From positions 3,512,205-3,576,204 of the forward strand of contig CP147778.1 in the NCBI GenBank assembly GCA_037305845.1: a stretch of DNA of 64,000 nt, given 5' to 3'. Both the position numbers and the translations under genes were made by a program. Numbering within the stretch: the stretch's first letter is position 1; every line of letters starts with the position of its first letter. Origin of the DNA: Candidatus Freyarchaeum deiterrae. Lineage in GTDB: Archaea; Asgardarchaeota; Jordiarchaeia; Jordiarchaeales; Jordiarchaeaceae. Of the stretch, positions 8,735 to 18,554 are shown one piece after another. The notes beneath the pieces were generated by a model. The model had not been told where the DNA came from, made no database searches, and saw only the letters and a program-made list of their open reading frames with translations.

Positions 8735-10780
8735 TTATTCTTTGAATTTGTCCAGTTTTTCAATGAGGCTTACTAGTTCTTTCTGAAGTTTTTCCCTGAG
8801 CTCTATATCCTGAGAAGTTATTGTGCCCTTAAGCTCTTTGTTTTGCAGCTCCTCTATTTGCGTTCTTACCTCTAGGAACTGGTTCTGGATATTTTGCATC
8901 TTCTCCAAGTCTTTCGGTGTCAACTTCTTCTCCAGCAAGGAGGGTGCCCTTGATATGAATAAACCGGCGTAGATGTAGTCTTTCTGAACCTTGTCGTACT
9001 TGGCCTCTGTCTTATACCGCTCAATGATGTACTTCTTGAAATCCATTTCACCCGAATCATACCGGGACTTCAGTTCCTCAAGCTTCGCCCCATAATTGTT
9101 AACGTCTTTCTGCAGGTTATTCTTATTCCTCGCCAATTTTTCTATCTTCTGTTTCTGAAGCCTTTGCACCTCATCCAAACTAATTAAAGACCCTAAAATA
9201 GAGGGAAAGGCTTCACTAAACTGGGTTACTCTGCCCTTCCAGCCTTCCAGTTCCTTATGATATTGTTGCTCGACGTTTATGAGAAACTCGTGCAGTTTGC
9301 TTCTAATCCAGAATTCCTCATTAAGACCTAACTCGCCCGCAATACAGGTAGCAGTGAGCATTTTTGTCTCCTCACGGATGAATGTCCCGAACTCTGTCCC
9401 CAGCCTCTTCATGCCTCCAACCTTCATCTCCGCTAGAAATGACTTGACCGCTGACATGAACCCGGAAACAAGTACGACGTCCTGCTCCATAGAAATGAAG
9501 TCTAAAGACCAGATCATAGTACTAGTAGAAGTGTGGTCGACAATGATGCTCTCCATATTCCTCATGGCATTTATGGGAATCCTTCTCTTCTTTTCCTCGA
9601 GATAAAGAGAAGCTCCTGACACTGCGGCGACGCCTATAATGCCAATAGTCAAAAAGATGTTGTTCTGTCCTTGAGTTTGGAAAATTGAACCCAGCATATA
9701 GCCCTCAAGAAGAGTTGTCATAATAATGCTCGCATAAAGATTTGCACCATAAACAAAAACATCAGCAGAAAAGTTAACAGTACTAAACCAAGTGGAGGTA
9801 AAATTGAAAACTAGGATACTCGAAGAACCAAAACCTCCTGTGATATTACAAGTACCCGTTCCTCCAGTAGAACCTAGTATCGAATTTCCATTAACTTGTA
9901 AGCTTATGTTTGAAGGAAAAGGCAACCCGGACCCAGTTAAATTGGTGGCACTTAGATACACTCTGGTAGAAAAATCGGTGTCGTTCAGTGCCGTTACCAC
10001 CAGTGGTGTTACAGAGGTAACATTGTAAGCTGAATAATTACCACTAGTATCAACAGTGTAACCCCAGTTCAAAAATTGACTAGAAAGAGATGTGTTCTGG
10101 GCTGCAACTACAAAAAATGTTCCGTTGTCGGTATTATTTGGATACAAAGGCACCACTCCACCAAATCCATGTACACCACTTGTTATATCTATTGTTTTCC
10201 ATGTGTTGTTTGCCTGACTTGTAAAGTCGTAAGTTAACCAAGTAGTGATGTTTGTGCCCGGTTCAATACTAGACGTGGTCGAGTTCCAAGTCGCATTGTA
10301 AATTGAAAAATACATAAAGAGAGTTTTAGTGCTCGGAGAGCCCATATTTTTAACAGCAATTAGGTACAAGCTAACATTATACAGATAACAAGGTTGGTTA
10401 TCAATGTTAAAGGACATCGCGTACGTGGAATTCCACAAAGACACCGTACTTCCCGGAGATTCAGCTATTCCAATAGTGCTGTTAGGAGCAGTTATGCCTG
10501 ATAAACTGAAATTCACACTGTCAACCTGCGGCACACCCGATAGTTCAACCACTAAAGGAGAACTAGTGTTCAAATTAGGATAAGAGCTAAAAAATATTGT
10601 ATCTTTAGCGTATACTGACGAACTATGTAAAGTTAAACCACTATTCGCAAATTTATAATCCGCCAAGTTTAACAGTGGCCCAGTCGAAGCGTTGGAAAAA
10701 CATAAAGCCAAAGGCACCATTAGAGGAACCACTAGAATCAATATGCAGAGAACTATCAGAATAAACCTTCTTCTATCCAA
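8735..10780 (-). CDS. Single-pass surface protein with cytoplasmic longin-like domain and SHOCT-like coiled coil
   Basis: Signal segment, sequon-rich ectodomain, TM followed by KKRR, DVVLVSGFMSAVKSF and LEGWKG...F motifs, then heptads with GEMD/GTIT turns. Confidence 0.75.
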   Translation of the reverse strand: MDRRRFILIVLCILILVVPLMVPLALCFSNASTGPLLNLADYKFANSGLTLHSSSVYAKDTIFFSSYPNLNTSSPLVVELSGVPQVDSVNFSLSGITAPNSTIGIAESPGSTVSLWNSTYAMSFNIDNQPCYLYNVSLYLIAVKNMGSPSTKTLFMYFSIYNATWNSTTSSIEPGTNITTWLTYDFTSQANNTWKTIDITSGVHGFGGVVPLYPNNTDNGTFFVVAAQNTSLSSQFLNWGYTVDTSGNYSAYNVTSVTPLVVTALNDTDFSTRVYLSATNLTGSGLPFPSNISLQVNGNSILGSTGGTGTCNITGGFGSSSILVFNFTSTWFSTVNFSADVFVYGANLYASIIMTTLLEGYMLGSIFQTQGQNNIFLTIGIIGVAAVSGASLYLEEKKRRIPINAMRNMESIIVDHTSTSTMIWSLDFISMEQDVVLVSGFMSAVKSFLAEMKVGGMKRLGTEFGTFIREETKMLTATCIAGELGLNEEFWIRSKLHEFLINVEQQYHKELEGWKGRVTQFSEAFPSILGSLISLDEVQRLQKQKIEKLARNKNNLQKDVNNYGAKLEELKSRYDSGEMDFKKYIIERYKTEAKYDKVQKDYIYAGLFISRAPSLLEKKLTPKDLEKMQNIQNQFLEVRTQIEELQNKELKGTITSQDIELREKLQKELVSLIEKLDKFKE

Positions 10781-11035
10781 GTTTATTCGCTCCTCAGCCT
10801 TTCATCCACTCACAACTTTGATATATATATGATAATGAGACATATATAATTCTTTTTTAAGTTCGCAGACACTGAAAAAGGCTTTTTATAATTACTGAAA
10901 ATTAAGAAGAAAACCAAAATCCATGTTAAACTGTTTATTCCACCCTAATAACAATCCATCACCAAAAAAAGAACTTAGATAAACCTCAAACCAAGACAAA
11001 ATCATTCCATAAAAAAAAATAAAAGTTAAAGATTA

Positions 11036-13933
11036 TTATTTCTTTAGTTTTTCCAGCTTCTCTATAAGAGACACTAACTCCGACTGCAGCTTATCCCTAC
11101 GCTTATGATCCTTCTCTGTAATCTTACCCTCTAGCTCTTTCCTTCGCAGCTCCTCAATTTCCATCCTGAGTTTAAGGAAATTCTCCTGAATCTTCTCCAC
11201 GTCCTCAGTGGCTTCCGGCTTAACCTTCTTCGCCTTCGTCGTGGGCGGCACCCTTGACAAGAAGAGGCTGACCCGAATGTATTCCTTCTGAACCATGTCA
11301 TATTCCGGATCTATCTCAGCCGTTCCCGCTTCAAATTCCGCCTTACTGATTTCCTTAGCTTCAAATTGCTTATTTAGAGTCTCCAGTTGAGAACCCAGAT
11401 TATTGAGTTCACCTTGAAGCTTCGCTTTCTCGTTCTCCAGCTTCAAAATTCTTTGTTTATGAAGCTCCTCAGCCTTCTCAAGATCTATCACCGAAGCCAG
11501 AATCGTTGGGAATGACTTTCTGAAAGGCGCAACATCACCATTCCATTTCTCAAGCGTCTCAAAGTGTTGCTGCTCAGCCGTGGAAACGAAGTCACGCAGC
11601 TTCTGCCTAATCCAGTTCTCCTCCGCTGGAGTGTTACCACCAGTGATACAGGTAATGGTCAGAAGAACACTGTCCTCTCTGATAAACGTTCCAAACTCGG
11701 TCTCAAGCTTCCTAAGACCACCCTTCATCATCTCACCCATGAACGACTTAACCGCCGACATGAATCCAGAAACCAGAGTCACATCCTGCTCCATCTTGAT
11801 AAAGTCGAACGCCCACAAAGTAGCACCAGTAGGAATATGATCCACGATAATATTCTCAAGACTAGACAACGCCGCAGAAGGAATCCCTCTTCTCTTGCCC
11901 GCCACAAAGCCAACAGCAACCACAGCAACGACAGCACCCACCAACCCGATCACAAGAAGCATACTGCCCATGTTTGGGCCCGACTGGGAGGCCCCCAACA
12001 GGAGAGCAGCAAGACTATTACTGGGAGCTGGCGGAGGCACACCATAGAGAATAGTAATCCCACCAGAAGTCGGATTACCAAAGTAGACACCACCATCAAC
12101 TGTCACATTAACAGTATAGGAACTATTAGAAGGAAAAGTGACACGTAATGTGTAGACTCCACTGCCATTCTCGACCGACGAGTTAATATGAGCACTCCCA
12201 CTAACACTAAAGTTAGCTAGAGCGATACCTGCGATTCCCTCATTTATATCGGTTCTATTAAATCCCACTGTTATGTTAGCAAGCTGATTAAAGTCAGCAT
12301 AACTGTCATGACTTAATACGGTCAAACTAGTTAGCGCAGAGTTATTCACTTGGAAACTACCTATTTCCCTGTAACCGACCTCAACGCTTGAGTTAAAGAA
12401 AACCGTAAAGTTGTAGTTTCCAAAGGAGGTAATATTTTTCTGAACATCAAGTGGGAACCAGAAAGAGCTAGTAGTAGTGCCAGAAGTTGCGTTAGTGAAT
12501 CTTAGTAATGGTGTTGAATTGTAAATGGAGAGATTGGCATTCCAGCTATTACTGATAGTTGTGTTGAGAGCTATGTTAATGGTTAAGTTGTCAGGCACGA
12601 TAGCCCCTATATTTGTAACGTTATGACCTTGATTCATTACGGAAATGTTTGTAATATAGTTGGGTGCGTTGCACTGCAAAGTCCAAGTACCATTAGTTGC
12701 CTCAAATACAAGAGGACGAGGGAAGGAAATATAATTACTCTGTGTTACGTTAAAAGCGTAAGAAGTTGCATTCTGCCAATCGAAGGGAATAGTCACATTT
12801 ACATAGTTATGAACAATCGTAGAGTTAGCAGGGAAACCATTCCCAGAACCTGTTGAAACATCCACTGTAACAGTCCAATTAGCAACGGAAGTGGTATCAA
12901 CCTGATAATTGGTAGTAGCGTTAATGTTTTTGCCGTAAGTTACATTCCAAAAAGTAACATTGTAAGTAACTGTAGACATCCAAGTGGTTGTAACATTAAA
13001 GAAGATAAAACCAGACGAAGGTGTGATGTTGAGATACATCGTATACATACCTTCTCCCACATTGCTCGTATTCGAAACAGACGTACCATTAATATTTAAT
13101 GATATATCAGTGGGGTAAACGCTCTGAGGGTTTGTTTGATTACTAGCACTAACGCTAACATTTAGCGTTAAATCAAGTGGATGGCCAGTTGCGGTCCAAG
13201 TTGGACCATTCCACCAAGCATACCCTTTTGGTGTATATCCTCCACTGGGGTTTCCAACCGCATTCCAATTGCCATTAAGAAGGTCTCCCGCTCCGTTTCT
13301 CTCAATCGTTATGAAAAATGTGTGATTGAAGGTATCACTATCGTTTAAAAGAATGTGACTAAAAGGAATGTCCTTCAAATATGTACCTGTGGTCAATGAT
13401 ACATTCAAAACAGCTGGACCTCTTTGAAGATTTGGTATAGGAAAACCTGTACCGTTGTTTTGAGCATTATATACTCGGAGGTTTGCAGTCCCACTAAACA
13501 AAATAGTCAAATTTAAGATAGCAGAATCAAGGTATGCTGTTGGATTTGTTATCTGAAAGGACATAGCCGTTGAGGTAAGCGATATTTGCCAAGAATCGTT
13601 CGATGCAGTATTAGTACTTATGATTGTGCAGTTCGGGGCGGTGATGTCTTCAAGTGTTATGTTTGCGTATGTTATGTTCCAATTTTGGGGGCAGGGTATA
13701 TTGAAGCCTGTTGTTGTATCGTTTATCGTATTGGGGGAGGCTGTATTATTTGTTTGATTGAGGATTGTTGGTATTTGACCACCTATCCCACTGGGGGACT
13801 TTGCTATTGGGTTGCTGGAGGGGTAACTCGTATTGGTAAATAGGAGGGGATTGTTGTATGTCATTATTATGGCTGCGAGGGGTAATAATGCTATAAGAAT
13901 TAGGACGATTATTATTGCAGCTTTTCTTTTCAT
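11036..13933 (-). CDS. Paralogous single-pass surface protein with cytoplasmic longin-like domain and coiled coil
   Basis: Same architecture. MEQDVTLVSGFMSAVKSF and TEFGTFIRE are nearly identical to the neighbour. Confidence 0.75.
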   Translation of the reverse strand: MKRKAAIIIVLILIALLPLAAIIMTYNNPLLFTNTSYPSSNPIAKSPSGIGGQIPTILNQTNNTASPNTINDTTTGFNIPCPQNWNITYANITLEDITAPNCTIISTNTASNDSWQISLTSTAMSFQITNPTAYLDSAILNLTILFSGTANLRVYNAQNNGTGFPIPNLQRGPAVLNVSLTTGTYLKDIPFSHILLNDSDTFNHTFFITIERNGAGDLLNGNWNAVGNPSGGYTPKGYAWWNGPTWTATGHPLDLTLNVSVSASNQTNPQSVYPTDISLNINGTSVSNTSNVGEGMYTMYLNITPSSGFIFFNVTTTWMSTVTYNVTFWNVTYGKNINATTNYQVDTTSVANWTVTVDVSTGSGNGFPANSTIVHNYVNVTIPFDWQNATSYAFNVTQSNYISFPRPLVFEATNGTWTLQCNAPNYITNISVMNQGHNVTNIGAIVPDNLTINIALNTTISNSWNANLSIYNSTPLLRFTNATSGTTTSSFWFPLDVQKNITSFGNYNFTVFFNSSVEVGYREIGSFQVNNSALTSLTVLSHDSYADFNQLANITVGFNRTDINEGIAGIALANFSVSGSAHINSSVENGSGVYTLRVTFPSNSSYTVNVTVDGGVYFGNPTSGGITILYGVPPPAPSNSLAALLLGASQSGPNMGSMLLVIGLVGAVVAVVAVGFVAGKRRGIPSAALSSLENIIVDHIPTGATLWAFDFIKMEQDVTLVSGFMSAVKSFMGEMMKGGLRKLETEFGTFIREDSVLLTITCITGGNTPAEENWIRQKLRDFVSTAEQQHFETLEKWNGDVAPFRKSFPTILASVIDLEKAEELHKQRILKLENEKAKLQGELNNLGSQLETLNKQFEAKEISKAEFEAGTAEIDPEYDMVQKEYIRVSLFLSRVPPTTKAKKVKPEATEDVEKIQENFLKLRMEIEELRRKELEGKITEKDHKRRDKLQSELVSLIEKLEKLKK

Positions 13934-14334
13934 TAAATCCCGCCTACTTTAACTATTTTTTCGCGAATTCTGTGGATTATAATTATTTATTATTGTTGTT
14001 ACTATGTTTTCTTTTTCTATCACTGTAATTTTCCTTAAGAAGAATTTTTTGTATTTTGTTTGTTATTACTTAAGTATTGTTTTCTGTAATATTTAATTCT
14101 TCTTTTGCGATTTTCACATTTCCGCCTAAAATTTTCTTATCTTATAAGATTGTTATGGTATCTCATTAATAAATCTAATTCTCACATGTCTTTAGATGAT
14201 GTTCCATGACTCGTTACGATTTTTGATATACGCGTTGTGCAGTGAAACATCAAAAAACTAAATAGCTACCGTACTATAACGGCTTTAATAGGAAGTGTTA
14301 ACCTACTCAATACTTGGATTTAGGAGAGGTTTTG

Positions 14335-14690
14335 ATGCCGTTCGATCCGTTAGAGTTGGCGTTGAAAACGGAGGAAATTGTTCTGCGAGGGGAGAGGCGA
14401 AAAAGGAGAGCGATGTAGATGTCCTTTTGATAGTAAAGGATAAAAAAATCGAGAAAGAAATTGTCGGGATAGCTGTTGATGCCCTGCTTATGCAGAGAGA
14501 ATACGTCTCACCAAAAACTTTGACTGAAGGAGAGTTTGATGCATTGAAAAACACGGTTTTCATTAGGAACGTTTTCAGACAGGGAGGGTATTGTAATTGT
14601 TGGATGAGGTTGTTGATGAGCTGATAAAGAGGGCTGAAGGGAGGCTAGAAGCGTCGGAATATCTTTTGATAGGAGGATACCGCATTAGGG
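14335..14690 (+). pseudogene. Chimeric remnant: radical SAM 5' end, MNT 3' half and HEPN 5' end
   Basis: 14335 encodes MPFDPLELALKTEEIVLRG, matching the start of 17548. Another frame gives ARGEAKKESDVDV (MNT), followed by DELIKRAEGRLEASEYLL (HEPN-like). Confidence 0.75.
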
Positions 14691-14755
14691 TTGGAACCCC
14701 TTAAATTCAATTTTGCAAACGTAGCTAACTACCTAACAGAAGGGGATAATGAATA

Positions 14756-15157
14756 ATGGCGGAACGTTCAACTGGAGTAATAGTTGGTGGCATAATAGCA
14801 CTGATTGGCGCTGTTTTAGGACTCTTTGGATGGTACGTACTTACTGGTATGGCATCTGCAGCTAGCATGAGCACATTATACTTCCTGGTTAGTCCAATCG
14901 CGGGTCTCGTGGCGTGGTTCACTACGCCCGCTGTTGATGCTCTTCTCCCATTGCTTGTCTTGGGCGGATATATTTTGGCAATTATATTCTCAATCGTGCT
15001 AATTTCAGGGAGGAGAATGAGAGTTGCAGCAATTTTAATCATTATCGCGGGTATACTCTCAATTCACCCTATATTCTATGGCGTATGGTTGTGGGTAATC
15101 CCTGGTGTCCTTGAACTAGTTGGTCCTGTTATTCCTTTAGCGAAGGGTGCGTGGTAA
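14756..15157 (+). CDS. Small multi-TM membrane protein
   Basis: Several hydrophobic segments, upstream RBS-like purines, T-tract after the stop. Confidence 0.75.
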   Translation: MAERSTGVIVGGIIALIGAVLGLFGWYVLTGMASAASMSTLYFLVSPIAGLVAWFTTPAVDALLPLLVLGGYILAIIFSIVLISGRRMRVAAILIIIAGILSIHPIFYGVWLWVIPGVLELVGPVIPLAKGAW

Positions 15158-15339
15158 AAAAAAGAGCAGCAATCTCTTTACCCGAAAACTTTTTTTATTT
15201 TTATTTTTAAACTTCTTATCAGTTTCAGTTGGGTACGGCAGACCCGGAACGCGGCTAGTGTCCAGATGCATGGAATGGGTTCCTAGTGGGCAATCCTAGT
15301 ATTTTTCTTTGCTTGGGCTAAGGGAGATTATGTCTTAGA

Positions 15340-15573
15340 TTATTTCTTTTCCATTAATTCCATGAATTCTTCCTTCGTTAAACCAGCTTGTTTGATGATG
15401 GCCACCAACAAGCCCTTTTTTATTTCTCTGTGGTCTGGAATCACTATCCTCGTGTAGGGTGGCTTATTCAACTTCAGAACTATGTGGCTTCCTCTCTTAT
15501 GGTGAACCTTGAAGCCGATTTTAGCTAGGATTTTTACGACTTTTCTACCCGATAAGACAGGAAGTTTACTCAT
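15340..15573 (-). CDS. hicA: HicA toxin
   Basis: GF...GSH...IPDH..I..G motif. Confidence 0.9.
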   Translation of the reverse strand: MSKLPVLSGRKVVKILAKIGFKVHHKRGSHIVLKLNKPPYTRIVIPDHREIKKGLLVAIIKQAGLTKEEFMELMEKK

Positions 15574-15796
15574 AGACTTTCACTAAGGTTACTTCAGGCT
15601 TTGTATCAACTGGCACTGGCAAGCCGTCCTTCTTAAGGCTCTCGATATAAGCTTCTATGGCTTCCTTGATGTTCGCCAAAGCTTCCTCTCTTGTATCTCC
15701 CTGAGAGAAGCATCCTGGAAGCGTGGGGCAGAAAGCCACATAACCCTTTCCCTCTACGTCAGGCTCTAAAACGACGACGAACTCCGTTCTAATCAC
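15566..15796 (-). CDS. hicB: HicB antitoxin
   Basis: CPTLPGCFSQGDTREEALANIKEAI; overlaps hicA. Confidence 0.9.
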   Translation of the reverse strand: MIRTEFVVVLEPDVEGKGYVAFCPTLPGCFSQGDTREEALANIKEAIEAYIESLKKDGLPVPVDTKPEVTLVKVYE

Positions 15797-15899
15797 CGGT
15801 AGTACTATTATTTGAAGTACCTTTTAAAGGGTTCTCTAGGGAAACTAATACGTGCTCAGAGAAGTTTAATGAAATCTTGCCCCAGATTTTTAGTGATAT

Positions 15900-16260
15900 T
15901 AATTTTGAGGAAAATGCGTTAAAGAAGAAGATTCGAGGCAAAAGCAAGAGAAAAACAGGGCTCTGAAACTTCTTCAGTAAGTGGATTCTTCCGCTGATTT
16001 CCTTTCGTTCAACCAGCAGCTTTTTACCACTATCGTTTTTTCCTTGTTTGCCACGATGTTTGCGGTAATACCTATAATAATTGGAGGACTAGGTATCTTC
16101 CAACTCGGCTCTCTCTTCATAATCGTTATCGTCTATGGGGTAGGAGCGATTATACACTTGAGGTGAGAAGAAGAAATAGAAAGGCGGGAGTAAGACCTTA
16201 AAACCATTTACAAAAGTATACCCCCAGAGTAGAGTAAGATTTCTTGAACACAAAAAACCA
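15900..16260 (+). pseudogene. Degraded membrane-protein gene
   Basis: Two-TM stretch (15981..16166) bracketed by in-frame stops within protein-like sequence. Confidence 0.35.
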
Positions 16261-16520
16261 AAACAATATTCTCCTTCCCTATTACATTTTTTAGTATTAT
16301 TTTTTCTCTCTTTTGCTAAGAAGACGCTACGTCGAAGGGGAAGCGAACAATTTTCGTCGCTTTTTCCAAGAGCAGTGTAGCTAATCGCCAACGATTTAAT
16401 TTAGTAAGGGGCCTGTTAATAGTATTATTATTTTATTGCAACTATTTTACACCAGGACGGCCATGGGGGACAAAGTTTTTTAGAGCCGCTTTTCTTTCGA
16501 TTACCATAAGGTGGTTTTGT

Positions 16521-17027
16521 TTGAAATTTGGGGTTGAGTCTATTCCTCAGGGAGAGTATCGGAGGACGGTTCGTAGGCTCACCGAGCTTTTGAGCGCGAG
16601 GTTTGGGGAGAAACTGGTCTCTATTGTTATTTTCGGCTCCGTTGCTCGAGGTGAGGCGCGAAGGGAAAGTGATATAGATGTGCTTGTGGTGTGTGAGGAT
16701 TTTGAGAAATCCATGCGCAGAACCGACAAACTGGTCGACATCATACTGCAACTATGGGAGGAAGAGAAGAAAGCTCCGGAGGAGCAGGTCTGGATTGAGT
16801 TTTATCCCCTCCGTCCGGAAGAAGCGGAGAAAAACCGCCCAATCTACCTAGACATGATTGAGGACGGAGTCATAATACTTGACAGAAACGGTTTTATGGA
16901 AAACGTTTTGAAAAGATTGGAGAAAAGGCTCAAAGAACTCGGGTCGAAAAAGGTTTACCTCCCAGATGGTTCCTGGTACTGGATTCTTAAACCAACAATA
17001 GAGATGGGAGAGATTCTGGAAATATGA
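16521..17027 (+). CDS. Minimal nucleotidyltransferase (MNT) antitoxin
   Basis: FGSVARGEARRESDIDVLVV. Confidence 0.9.
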   Translation: MKFGVESIPQGEYRRTVRRLTELLSARFGEKLVSIVIFGSVARGEARRESDIDVLVVCEDFEKSMRRTDKLVDIILQLWEEEKKAPEEQVWIEFYPLRPEEAEKNRPIYLDMIEDGVIILDRNGFMENVLKRLEKRLKELGSKKVYLPDGSWYWILKPTIEMGEILEI

Positions 17028-17485
17028 ACAACGAGGAAATATTCAGATCATATCTTAGAGACAGTGAGTACTCCTTGCAAGAAGCAAAAAATGCGCTAAA
17101 GGAAGGAGTGTTTCATAGGGCTGTTAGAAGATCTCAGGAATCGGTGGAGCTAGTAATAAAGGGAACCTTAAGATTACTCGGACTGGACTACCCTAGGAAA
17201 CACGAGGTGGGCAGCTTGCTTGAAACAGCTGTCAAAAATATGAGTCTTCCACAGGAGATAGCAAGTGCCTTACCAGAAATAAAGAAAATAAGCGCTAAGC
17301 TGTCACTCAAACGTGGACCTGCATTTTATGGTGATGAAGAGGCACTTAAAACCCCTGAACAACTATATACTAAGAAGGATGCAGAAGAGGGCATCAAGGA
17401 TGCGGAATATACTATAAAGATTTGTAAAGATATCCAAACATTGTGGAAAAAACAACTAAAACTAAAAACAGGGAAACAAGCGTAG
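17024..17485 (+). CDS. HEPN domain protein
   Basis: SQESVELVIKG, PRKHEV and RGPAFYG motifs; ATGA overlap with MNT. Confidence 0.88.
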   Translation: MNNEEIFRSYLRDSEYSLQEAKNALKEGVFHRAVRRSQESVELVIKGTLRLLGLDYPRKHEVGSLLETAVKNMSLPQEIASALPEIKKISAKLSLKRGPAFYGDEEALKTPEQLYTKKDAEEGIKDAEYTIKICKDIQTLWKKQLKLKTGKQA

Positions 17486-17547
17486 CAGAACGCCTTAAAG
17501 GAGAAGGGATTATCCTGCAACAATCTTGAGTTATGAAGGTGATCTAA

Positions 17548-18276
17548 ATGCCGTTTGACCCGCTAGAGTTGGCTTTGAAAACGGAGGAAGTTGTTCTGCG
17601 TGGGGATAGCAGGAGGTATTATCGTTTTAGGGGTGGTCATTGGTATGGGGGGATTGCTACTGCGGATTGTTGTGGGTGTCCTCTGCGGTGTGTTTTCTGC
17701 TGGGGTGCTGAGGCCCGGGATGATCCTAAGAGGTATGGTGGTGAGTTTTATACTCCGGAGGAGGTTTTCCGGAATTTGACCCGGGTAGCGAAGAAGAGGG
17801 GGTACAGGTTGCTTAGGCTTAGTGGGAATGAGCCGACTTTGGGGAGGGAGCATCTTTTCAGGATTCTGGAGTTGGTTGACCGGACGGGTTACACTTTTGT
17901 TTTGGAGACTTCGGGGATACTGCTGGATGGGGATTACGTTAAGCGGTTGTCCGAGTTTGAGAATGTTCATGTTAGGGTTTCTCTGAAGGGGGCTTGTGAG
18001 GAGGAGTTCTCAAAGCTTACCGGTGCTAAACCTGAGGGTTTTCAATTGCAGTTGAGGGCTTTGAAGAATCTGGTGGATTACGGGGTTTCGTGTAATGCGG
18101 CGGTGATGTCGTCTTTTAGTACGGCGGAAAACATGCGGGGGTTGGTAGGCTGGCTTTCCGTGTTAAGTGAGGACTTAGCTTCAAACCTTGAGAATGAGAC
18201 GGTGATTCTTTATCCTAAGGTGAAGAAGCAGTTGGCACAAGCGGGAATAGAACCGTTCACTAGCTGTTCTCCATAA
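17548..18276 (+). CDS. Radical SAM protein
   Basis: CPLRCVFC (CxxxCxxC), SGNEP, ETSG. Confidence 0.9.
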   Translation: MPFDPLELALKTEEVVLRGDSRRYYRFRGGHWYGGIATADCCGCPLRCVFCWGAEARDDPKRYGGEFYTPEEVFRNLTRVAKKRGYRLLRLSGNEPTLGREHLFRILELVDRTGYTFVLETSGILLDGDYVKRLSEFENVHVRVSLKGACEEEFSKLTGAKPEGFQLQLRALKNLVDYGVSCNAAVMSSFSTAENMRGLVGWLSVLSEDLASNLENETVILYPKVKKQLAQAGIEPFTSCSP

Positions 18277-18554
18277 AGGGAGAGCGCATCGTAGTGTAGC
18301 GCAGCGTGTTTCTTAATTATAAAGAATTTATCATGGTTTACGCTTCTAATGGTTTTAAGGAGACTAACTTTTACTCTTTTTTGGCTCGTGTAGTAGAAAT
18401 CTAGTATTTTTTGGGGTATGTTTTCTGAACTGAAAGGTTTATTAAATTGGTGGGCAAAAAGTTATAAGGAATATCACAACATCGGTTTTTGGTATCTAAA
18501 ATAATTAAAAATATGGTGGAAGAATCGGTATTAAGATTCTTGGAGGAAATTTGA

